From Lama glama (taxonomy: Eukaryota): a stretch of 64,000 nt of DNA. The notes beneath the pieces are model-generated. The model had not been told where the DNA came from. It did no database searches and was given only the letters and a program-made list of their open reading frames with translations. Below, piece by piece: positions 25,641 through 36,690 of the stretch (within the stretch, counting starts at the first letter, position 1; every line of letters starts with the position of its first letter). The stretch covers positions 91,762,001 to 91,826,000 of the forward strand of contig CM052816.1 of NCBI GenBank assembly GCA_028534125.1, written 5' to 3'. Both the position numbers and the translations under genes were made by a program.

Positions 25641-27359
25641 ACTGGAGAGCTCTGATACAATCTTGAGGAAGAAAGTAGGAGCTGGTCAGTAGAAAAGGGG
25701 AATATGAACGTTTCAGTTAGCGGGTAGAAAGACAAGGACAGAAATAACAGCTTAATGTGTCCAGGGGTGTGGCTTTAAAGAGAGTCAAGATTGAGAGCGT
25801 CACTTACACCTCATTAAGAAGTGAGAACTGGCTTTTGTAGCTGATGAGAGCCCCTGGCAGATTTTAAGTAGAGAGACGACTGATCAGATTGTATTTGCAG
25901 TACGGGGTGGGGGTGATAATGGAAGTGGCAGCAGTGATGATACAAATAATGAATGTTCATTACCAGCCTGGTTACTGTGCTCACAGAACACTTAGCTACC
26001 TGGGAAATAGGTATTATTACTGTTGACATTTTTAAGAGGAGGAAAACAGAGGCTCAAAGACGTTATTCCTCTCACATTACACAATTTCAGGGCAGACATT
26101 TAAACCCAGATGAAAGGCTCCTACAGGCTAGAGGAATGGGGCCCAAATCAAAGGTCTAAGGGTTGGAATGAAGGGGAGAAAGAACAGATTTCAGGGCTCT
26201 TTGGGAGACTCAAAGGCCTAGATATCATCTGAAGGTTGGCACACAGGAAGGAGGAGTCAAGACAGATTTTTAAGTTTGGAAGATGGTTTGAATCTAGATG
26301 TAAAGGGAGAGATGAAGTACAAAAGGGAAGCAGGTCTGGAGAAGAAAATAACAGATGTGTGTGATGTCAAAGCCAAATTGGCAACTACACTGCCTAGCCC
26401 GCCAGACACAGCCTTGGTCAACAGAGAGCAAACTGGCCAGCCCACTTCCATTGACAAACGAAGTGGTACCCAAATGAAATGCAACAACTGAGTCTCACTC
26501 TAACTTGTAGGAAACGCTGCTGAAGTTTATCAACTACAGTCCTCTTTTCCAGGAATAAGAGGTTCAAGTTTGAGAAACTAGAGCTCTGCAGCTAGTAGGC
26601 TACCATTTAATGGTGTTTTCTTTCCTGCCCTGTCTACTTACTTCAGACAGTGAAGCTTTGATTCCATCAGATGGAATTGGCCCAAAACAAATGGATTTAA
26701 ATTAAATTTGATCAACATTCTGGCAGTCATTATAACTATAAAAAGGGAAAAAAAGAATACACTCCAAATGGAGTGCCTGCTTCATCCAGTCTATACACGG
26801 AATATTAGCCTATGATTGGTGTTGGTACATATTTACTACCATTTATGCCTAAGCTTCCAATATGATGAACGAGCAACTAGAATTTACTGTAGTCCATCAA
26901 TATAGTCCCATAAATTTTCTCTTTTATTTGATAAAAAGTTGGAACAAAGTACATAGGGAAGTCTGAATTTTTACCATAGAGTAATCCTACAAACAAAGTC
27001 ATAATGTAACTTGTAAAAGAGTACTGAGGTTAAAATCGAAGACTTAATGTCAAATTAATAAATGATCAATGAAGATGTCAGGGCTAAAAGCTGTGCTGAG
27101 AGCCAACAGAAAATAAGAAACGGCAAAGAGAGATCTCCTACATTATTTTTGTTTTCCCTGACAATGCATGTGAACCACCACTTAAAAATGGTGAACAAAT
27201 ATAGGTAAATGCATATGAATCCAAACAAGAAAAAAACAACACGAGACTAGCTGCTCTATGACCCAAGGGAGTTCCAGTTTTCTGCGTCAGATTTAAAATG
27301 TCCCAGAATACCAATAAAACATGTACCTAAAAATCACTGAACACGATGGTGGAATAATT

Positions 27360-28090
27360 ATAAAAAATGAAAAGGATGCCAGAAGAATATGACAATAAAT
27401 GGACAGATGTTGTTATGATTTTCAAAAAATGAGCATGTGTCCTTTCCAAACTATGGCTATTAATATGGATTATTAAGGGGATAATGTAATCAATCGTGTG
27501 ACCAAGAAAAATAAATGATAAAGACAAGATCACTTAAGTGGATTTTATCAAGTTAAACATACCAATTCATGAATGGATGTCAAATTTGGGAGGAGGTATT
27601 TCTAGCCGATCTCTCTTTGGACTCAACTGTGACCTAGTCAAGTTTCATCCGTGACTAACTGAAGGAACAGCAACTCTGTTAAATAAAAAATCAGGATCTC
27701 CCAAATCTGGGTAGTCTGAAGAGATTATATTAATTCCCAAACTATAACTTAAAATCACAATTTCTAAAACGTTGCTCAAAGGATCAAAAAAAACAATTTA
27801 AAATACAGAGTTGGGAAGAAATGGCTTAGCAATGGCAGGATGTATGAAAAAGACTTGGCAGATATTTTGACAGTAAACACATTATGATCCAATGATACTC
27901 ATGGTGTAATAAAAGTTGAACTGACACTGACAAGGATATAGCAATGGATATGCCCTACAACACTCTGTTCACCTGAAGCATTATTTTTATTTGGGGTAAC
28001 TTAAGTGGACTGTAAACAAATTGAAATCTGTTCAGAAAAGAGCATCCAGGATGGCAGACAGCTTCAAAACCATAGCAAATTAGGATGCAA
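27360..28090 (+). mobile_element. CR1/L3 LINE relic (RT region and 3' part)
   Basis: 'tatgaaaaagacttgg...tttgacagtaaac', 'acaaattgaaatctgttcagaaaagagcatccaggatgg' resemble CR1/L3 ORF2. Confidence 0.7.
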
Positions 28091-28099
28091 AAAGTTGCA

Positions 28100-31000
28100 A
28101 AATAATGTTGCTTCTCCCGTAGCAATGAGAAAAGGCCAGAAAACTGCGATCCTCATCTGAGAAGTGAGCTCATAAAGCAGCCGAAATTGATTTCTAAAGA
28201 GACAGGAGACAGCCTATGGCAGAGCATGGGAGGAAGTGGTGGCCACTACGCAAGTAAGTAAGAAGAAATCAGCTACAAGTGCAATGGAGTCTTAAAGACC
28301 ACGTCTAGACTAGGGGGTTGGCTTACAATAGCTGAAAAGTCCAAAAGACCAGCAGAGTTTCACTCATTAATATGCCTTTTTACTGCTGGCTTCCACCAGA
28401 TGCTCACGGTAAAAACTGGGGGCAGATTGAGAGAATGGAGACACCTCTTCTCAGCTACTGCTGGGGTCAGGCATGGAACATTCCCCATTGTTCTGAATCT
28501 TACTTTTATTAAAAGTATAAGCCTTAAGCCACTGAGGGGAGAAAAGTATTTTAACATACTGAGATAGAAATGTCAAAAACTTCTTGCCAGATGCCATGCA
28601 AGGCAGAACACAATAAAGTAACATCCTTAATGCACTAAAGAAAAATAAACAGTCAACCCAGAACCCCCTACCCTGTGAAAACACCTTTCATAAATGAAGT
28701 CACAGTGAAAACTTTATTAGCCAAACAAAAGCTGAAAGAACTTATTATCAAGGTGTAAACCAAAAACAACAACATAACATGTTTAAGGAAGTTCTTCAGA
28801 AAGAAGGCACAATACTTCATGAAACTTTGAACCTTTAAAAAGTAATGGCAAACTACATAAAAGATAAAAGTGAAGGTCAATATTAAACGATATTTTTCTT
28901 ATTTTTAATCACGTCTAATGTTAATTGAATGTCTGAGCAACAGAATTACATGGTTTGTGGATTTATAACATATGTATAAGGGAATGAAATACATGGCCAT
29001 GACAGCACAAAGGATAAGAGAGAGGAAAGAGATGTTCAAGGTTCTTACACCATCTATAAAACCCTATAGTATTAAATGAAGGTAGACTGCAATGAGTTAA
29101 TTATGTATTCTGGAAACCCTAGAGAGTCCTCCCTCCAATAAAGAATTTAAAAAGAGAGATAATGGAAAAACAAGAGTAGCGATAAGATGAATCACACACA
29201 CACACAAAAAAAGCAACACAAAAGAAGGCAGAAAGAGGGAGAAAGGAAAGAGAAACAAATGGGATTAAAATAAAACAACTAAGAAGATAGTAGATATGAA
29301 ACCAATCACATAAACAAGTACATTAAACATAAATAGTGTGAAAACCCCAATTAGAAAAAATATAATGAAGAAACAATGAAGGGATTTTTTTAACTAAGAT
29401 CCAAACTATATGATGTATGTAAGAAATCCACCTAAGTAAAAAGACATAGATAGGTTACAGAAAATGGATGTAAAACTAATCAAAAGAAACTCTGAATGAC
29501 TGTATTACTTATCAGGCAAAGCTGATTTCAGATAAAGGAATATTACCAGAGATATAGAGGGACATTTTATGAAGCACTAATTCACTAAGAAGACAATAAT
29601 CCTAAGTGTGTATGCTTGCAACAGCAGAGGTTCAAAACATATGAAGCAACACCTAACAGGTTTGCAAAGAGAAATTAAAAAATCCATAGTTTACAAAGAG
29701 ACTTCAACACCCCTTTCTTAGTAATTGATAGAACAAGTCCATAAAAACTAGTGGAGATACAGAAGATTTGAACAATACTATTCACTTAATTGACCTAATT
29801 TACATTTAAAGAACATTCAAACCAAAAATAGCTAAATGTATATTGAAGAGCACAACAAAACTTTTCCCAACAGAAAACACTCTGTCATAAAACAAATCTC
29901 AGCAAATTTAAAACAAGTGAAATCATACAAAGTACATTTCCTAATGACATTGGAATTAAACTAGAAGACAGTAACTGAAAGAATGGAAAAATCCCAATAT
30001 TTCTATACATAGAAAAAAATAAGAAAGTATTTAGAAAGAACAACACATGAGAAGTCACAAGCAAAATCAAAAAATATTTAGAATGAATTGAAAATGAAAA
30101 TATACATATCAAAACTTGTGGGATGCAGCTCAGGCAGTAATTAGAGGTTGGTTATGCCATCAAACACTGACATCAGAAAAGAAGAAGGCTCTTAAATCAA
30201 TAATCTAAGTATCTACGTCAAGTTACTAGAAAAAGAAAAGCAAATTAAACCCCAAGTAAGAAGAAAGAAAGAAAGAAAGAAAGAAAAAAAGAAAGAAAGA
30301 AAGAAAGGAAGGAAGAAAGGAAGGAAGGAAGGAAGAATGACTGTAAGAGCTAAAGTCAATACAACTGAAATGGCAAAATAACAAAGTGACAAAATCTCAT
30401 CCTTTAAAAAGATCAGTAAAATTGCTAAACCTTTAGCCAGACTGATATGCTGAGAGGCCAAGAGGAAAAGAGGAAGAAGAGAGAGAAACCATGAAAGAAT
30501 TACCAATATCAGTAACAAAAGAGGACACATTATTGCAGATCTTTCAGACTTGAAAGAATAATAAGATAATATTTTGAGAATCTTTGGGCCAATAATTTTG
30601 ATAAAATGGATGAAACTGAAAAATTTCGTGAGAAACATGAATTACCAAATTTCTTTGAAGAACCTTATTAGCCATTTAACCATTAAACTAAATTTACAGT
30701 TAAAAGATATCTCCACAAAGAAAACTTCAGGTCCAGAATGCTTAACAAATGAAGCCAAGCAAGCATTAAAAAAAAAAAAGAAAGAAAGAAAGAATACCAA
30801 CTAGACACAAGTTCTCCCAGAAAATATAGGATAAAAGAATGCTTCTCAACACATGTTAGGAGCTCAGCATTATCCTTACACCAAAACCAAAGTTGGTTCA
30901 AGATAAGAAAAATGACAGACCAAAATCCCTCACAAACAAACATGGATTAAAAAAAAAAAAACTCCTTAACAAAATAACAAATTAAATCCAGTAAAATGTA

Positions 31001-31219
31001 AAAGGATAATCCATCATGAGCAAGTGGCTTTTTTCCCAGGAATAGAAAATTGGTTCAACACTCAAAAAGTGATTAATTAATTCATAAAACTGAAAAATAA
31101 AAACCAGATGATCATCTCAATAGATGATCAATACTGGCCAAAAAAAGCATTTGACAAAATCCAACATCCATTCGTAATAAAAACTCTCAGCAAACGAAGA
31201 TTAAAAGAAAACTTATTCA
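28100..31219 (+). mobile_element. Long decayed L1M element (5' region, ORF1 end, ORF2 endonuclease to RT)
   Basis: A-rich sense strand; 'gagacttcaacacccctttcttagtaattgatagaacaag' (endonuclease); ORF 31108-31290 'MIISID...KAFDKIQHPF' (RT motif). Confidence 0.92.
30260..30337 (+). repeat. (GAAA)n/(GGAA)n compound microsatellite inside L1
   Basis: Directly visible. Confidence 0.95.
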
Positions 31220-31493
31220 TTACACCCAATAGTTTATACCTCCCCCTCCCATACTCCAGATTGACTGCCCTCCCCACTGGTAACCACTAGTTTGTTCTCT
31301 GCATCTGTGAGTCTGCTTCTCTTTTGTTATATTCACTAGTTTGTTGTATTTTTTAGATTCGACATATAAGTGATATCATACAGTATTTGTCTTTCTCTGT
31401 CTGACATATACCACTCAGCATAATGCCTTCCAAGTTTGTCCACGTTGCTGCAAAAGGCAAAATTTCATTCTTTTTTATGGTCAATTAGTACTC

Positions 31494-31569
<76 letters not shown>

Positions 31570-32061
31570 CATCTTTATGGATTCATCTGTTGATGGGCAT
31601 TTAGATGGTTTCCATATCTTGGCATTGTAAATAATGCTGTTGTTAACATCAGGGTATATGGACCTTTTTGAATTAGTGGGTTTTTTTTTTTTAATATATA
31701 CCCAGGAATTTCATTCCTAGGTCATATGGTAGTTCTATTTTTAGTTTTTTTAGAAACCTCCATACTGTTTTCCGCAGTGGTTGCACCAATTTACATTCCC
31801 ACCAACAGTGTGTGAGGGTTCCCTTTTCTCCACATACTCACCAACACTGGTTATTTGTATTATTTTTGATAATAACCATTCTGACAGGTGTGAGGTGATA
31901 GTTCATTGTGATTTTGACTTGCATTTCCAAATGATTAGCAACAGACTCAAGGATGTATTGTACAACACGGGGAATATGGCCAACATTTTGTAATAACTGT
32001 AAATGTAAAGTAACCTTGAAAAATTGGATAAAAAAATAATAAAATTTTAAAAGAGGGGAGA
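31220..32061 (+). mobile_element. Artiodactyl-type L1 with 5' inversion, nested in the older L1
   Basis: Antisense part ~31220-31935, sense tail from ~31940; TSD-like aaaagaaaacttattca (31203-31219) / aaaagaaaattcttca (32062-32077). Confidence 0.88.
31496..31568 (+). repeat. Perfect (GT)n microsatellite, about 36 units
   Basis: Directly visible, uninterrupted. Confidence 0.98.
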
Positions 32062-32244
32062 AAAAGAAAATTCTTCAACCTGCCTTACTGTTGCTAGACC
32101 CTGAGCTGTTAGAGCAGGGAAAGGAGAGTGGAGGACTTCACCTCTCCAGTTTACATACAATATGCTGTTGGGTGAAACTGTGCTGGTGGTACAGGATTTC
32201 ACTATCATGCATTTTTCAGCATCATTTGGATTATAAAAGCAATT

Positions 32245-32642
32245 GTGAAGTAAGCCAGAAAGAGAAAGTAAAATACTATATGATATCACTAACATATGGT
32301 GACTAACAAAAGGGGAAAAAAGAGACACTAAATGAACTTATCTACAAAACAGAAACAGACTTGCAGACATAGTAAACAATTTTACAGTTTCCTGGGTGGA
32401 AAGGGGGTGGGAAGGGATAAATTGAGAGTTTGAGATGTGCAAATATTAACACTATACATAAAACAGATTAAAAAACAAATTTATTCTGTATACCACAGGG
32501 AACTATACTCAATATCTTATAGTAATGTATAATGAAAAAGAATATGAAAACGACTCTATGTATGTACATGTATGACTGGGACGTTATGCCGTATAACAGA
32601 AATTGATACACTGTAACTGACTATACTACAATTTAAAAAAAA
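32245..32642 (+). mobile_element. Camelid-type L1 3' UTR
   Basis: 'gtgaagtaagccaga', 'ggaaagggggtgggaagggataaattgagag', tail 'gactatactacaatttaaaaaaaa'. Confidence 0.93.
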
Positions 32643-33346
32643 TTTGTCAAATGTAAACTATACAGAAACATCGAAAGTAAAGCTTAGAGTTTCTCCCTCC
32701 CACATCCAAAATCACCTCCATAGCAGTCACAATTTGGTGCATAACTTCTATAATATTAACTTTTCTTACAAAATACATTCACACATAAAATCTTTTATAT
32801 TGGGAGAACATGTTACTTGACATTTTCATTTAAAAATATATTAAGAACAGTCTTCCAAGCTGATACAAACAGACCCACTGTAACCTGCTGAAGAATCCCA
32901 AACGACAGGAGTATATCCCCCCTCACACCATCTTTCTCCTGATGATCATTTCAGCTGTTTCCAGATGTTTCCTTTTCCAAAGAAACTGCGATGAATGTTC
33001 TCGTTTCTATTTTTGTGTGTTTGTGTTTGCCTATCTTAAAAATTGAATGTTTTTGTTTTTGAATAAGTCTGTATAAATGAAGCGAACAGATCAATGAGTG
33101 TTCACATTTGCACTGTATAAAGTGTCACAAGGTCACAAGCATACCTTCCTCCCAGCCGGGTATGAGTAGCTATTTTCATACATTCTTACAAGCCCTGAAT
33201 TCTAACCACGTTTTAAGTTTTAACAAATGTGATGGTGAAACTTGTGGTTTTATTATTGTTTCCTGTATTATCCAGGAGGTGATGCAGCTTTTTATTTGCA
33301 CTTTATTGTTTAGCGGATTGCCTGCTTATGTCATTTACATATTTTT

Positions 33347-34431
33347 TAAAGATTTTTTAATTGATTTATAGTCATTTTACAATGTTGTGTCAAATTCCAG
33401 TGTAGAGCACAATTTTTCAGTTATACATGAACATACATATATATTCACTGTCATATTTTATTTTTTGTTGTGAGCTACCATAAGATCTTGTATATATTTC
33501 CCTGTGCTATACAGTATAATCTTGTTTATCTACTCTACATATGCCTGTCAGTATCTACAATTTTGAAATCCCAGTCTGTCCCTTCCCACCTCCCTGCCCC
33601 CTTGACAACCACAAGTTTGTATTCTATGTCTATGAGTCTGTTTCTGTTTTGTATTTATATTTTGTTTTTAGATTCCACATATAAGAGAACTCATATGGTA
33701 TTTTTATTTCTCTTTCTGGCTTACTACACTTAGAATGACATTCTCCAGGAACATCCATGCTGCTGCAAATGGCGTTATGTTGTCGTTTTTCTGGCTGAAT
33801 AGTATTCCATTGTATAAATAGACCAAATGTTCTTTATCCAGTCATCTGTTGATGGACATTTGGGCTGTTTCCTTGTCTTGGCTATGGTAAATAGTGCTGC
33901 TTTGAACATTGGGGTGCATGTATCTTTTCCAATTAGAGTTCCCTCCAGATATATGCCCAGGAGTGGGATTCCTGGGTCATATGGTAAGTCTATTCCTAGT
34001 CTTTTGAGGAATCTCCACACTGTTTTCCATAGTGGCTGCACCAAACTGCATACCCACCAGCAGTGTAGGAGGGTTCCCCTTTCTCCACAGCCTCTCCAGC
34101 ATTTGTCATTTGTGGACTTTTGAATGATGGCCATTCTGACTGGTATGAGGTGATACCTCATTGTAGTTTTGATTTGCATTTCTCTGATAATTAGTGATAT
34201 TCAGCATTTTTTCTTGTGCCTATTGATCATGTGTATGTCTTCCTCGGAGAATTGCTTGTTTAGGTCTTCTGCCCATTTTTGGATTGGGTTGTTTGTTTTT
34301 TTCTTATTATGTCCTATGAGCTGCTTATATATTCTGGAGAACAAGCCTCTGTCAGTTTCATCATTTGCAAAAATTTTCTCCCATTCCGTAGGTTGTTGTT
34401 TTGTTTTATTTATGGTTTCCTTTGCTGTGCA
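33347..34431 (-). mobile_element. Young 5'-truncated L1 with an open ORF2 C-terminal (Cys-rich) segment
   Basis: ORF 33775-34179 '[39 protein letters not shown]'; perfect 16-bp TSD tcatttacatattttt at 33331-33346 / 34432-34447. Confidence 0.97.
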
Positions 34432-34514
34432 TCATTTACATATTTTTGATCCTTTGTTATTTGGTTTGTAACGTTCTCCCAGACTATCATGTGTCTTTTG
34501 ACCTTTTTTGGAAG

Positions 34515-35030
34515 TAACTCAGTCATAATTCTTGGTTGCAAACACAATTCACTCCTACACAAAACACAAAACACAAAAACTCCTGGTTTTAGCTGAAAAA
34601 TAACTTATTAAAGAGTATTAGATAGATCACAGAAGTTCCAAGAAGAAACAAACAGCTGATCTCTGTAGCTGATCTACAAAGCTAGGGGAAATGTCCAAAT
34701 TAAGCTGGGGCATTGTTACATTAGACACTCTGCTCTTTTCCAAGCCCCAATGTACAGATGTCACTGACAACAGCTGGATGCTTCTCTGACGCTCTCAACA
34801 TAATTTCATGAGGCCCCTTCTCCACATCTTGCTTTTTTGAATCCGAAATTAGAATGGCTGCACCTGAGTCAGGAGGCCAGTCTCAACAAGAGCTGCAAGG
34901 GAGGCTGGGAAATTGGATTTCTGGCTTCTATTTTAAGAAGGATAAATTATAAAGGAGATAATTCCCCAAACATCTGAATGACATTTAAAAGTTGGTGGCC
35001 AGTGAGTAAACATTTAAAATGTCCACTACC
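34515..35030 (-). mobile_element. MaLR LTR (old MLT1 subfamily)
   Basis: 'ttcttggttgcaaacac', 'agctgcaagggaggctgggaaa', end 'atgtccactac'. Confidence 0.65.
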
Positions 35031-36529
35031 TTTTACACTACACACTTCAAAAAGTCTTTGCCTCACATATGTTTTTAAATTTCATGAAATCAAATGTGTC
35101 ATTTTTTTCTTTATATTTTTATGGTTTTAGTCTTGCTTAAAAACAATCACTACATGATGATTACACAAATATTCTCTGGTGTTTTCCAAAACTATTGTGG
35201 TCTTACTTTTTAGCATTCAGATTTTTCATTCATCTGTAATTTGTTATTATATAATGATGAAGGAATAAAATTGTAAACTCTTCCAAAAGTACACCCAATT
35301 CTTTCAATTTTATTAACTGAATAACACATAAATTATTCACTGATTTATAATGCCATCTTTAATTATATGTTAAATGACCTCTGTTTGTCCTCTAAAATTG
35401 TTTGTTTATTGCAGGCCAGTACTATACCACTTTGCTTAAAGTAGCTTTATATTAAGTTTTCATATCTAGTAGGACAAGCCCCTTTGCTGTTGCTCCATTT
35501 CGAGGTTTTCTTGGCATTCTTCCTGTGTTTATTCTTCCACATACACTTTAGGATCACTTACGTGTTCCAAAGAGGAAAAAAATATTCTGATTGAGACTAC
35601 ATTAAATTTATATGTTAATTTCAAAAGAAGTGACATTTTTATGATATTGCCTTCTTATCCAGAACATGGTCTGTCTTTCCATTTATTTGGGTTTTGTTTT
35701 ATATGTTTCAATATAATTTTATAGTTCTCTTCACAGAGTCTTTCTCATTAAATTCATTCCTAGGTATTTCATGGCTTTTTCCTCACATGATTACGAATGG
35801 GATCTTTCTCATTTCCATTTTTATAATGTCACTTTAGCCTATTTTTCTGACTGCATCTGATTCTGCTATATACAATGTATAGTCTACCCTTCATGTAAGC
35901 AATTCCCAGAGAGCTCAATACTGATAATTCTATATAAAATGAGTTTGGTGGGACACATGACCGTTTCCTAATTAAAACTGATTGTCCCATACACTAGATT
36001 TGCTATTTTTTTCAAACTTGACACATCTATTAGATATTCATTGTTTACAGTTCAGCTCCAATTTTTCTTTACTATAATAACAACTATATGTGTGTGTATG
36101 TGCATCCTTACTGTTTACCAATTTTATATTGCAATTTGACATGTGATTTACATGAACTTATCCATTTACAATGTCTCAAAATATATTTCTAACTAGATCT
36201 AAAAATTTAAGTCTTTAGCATATATTGTGAAACCATCTGTTTCTCTATATAGAATCTAGAATTCTAGTTTCTACTGCAAACCGAAAGCTAAAATTTCCAA
36301 ATGACTGTAAACTCGGCTAAGCACATAAACAAAAAAGGTTGGTTTTTTTTTTCTATAAAATGTTTATAGAATTTTGAGCAAAATAAGAATTATAAACTCA
36401 CTTCTACACAAAAATGATTCTGAACATCAAGATTAAGGGCTCGAACAGCACTTAGTCCTGGTGATGGCAACATACTTTGTACAGAGCGGAGCACTCCAGC
36501 TACACTGACAGTGTTACTGGCTGCAGCAA

Positions 36530-36690
36530 AGGACGCGGTCAAATGACCCGAGTCTTGGTCAAGGCTTTGTGAGATGCCAGATTTGTAAGTCATTCACCTT
36601 CTGGGAATACAGTTCCTACATCTATAAAATGAGTGAGTTGGTCTAATAGGCACTTAGGTCTCTCTCAGTTTCCGTGTTCCAAGATTCCAA
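36530..36690 (+). mobile_element. MIR/MIR3 fragment
   Basis: 'cagttcctacatctataaaatgag'. Confidence 0.6.

Larger units (their letters stand above)
32700..35820 (-). mobile_element. Ancient L1ME-like element interrupted by a young L1 and an MLT1
   Basis: T-rich antisense L1 motifs, e.g. 'gactacattaaatttatatgttaattt...gtgacatttttatgatattg', 'tcattcctaggtattt'. Confidence 0.65.

Noticed and set aside
30213..30638. 141-aa hydrophobic, membrane-protein-like ORF
   Set aside because: It is the antisense reading of A-rich L1 sequence and a GAAA microsatellite
33775..34179. 134-aa ORF as a cellular gene
   Set aside because: It is the L1 ORF2p C-terminus inside a truncated insertion with no promoter
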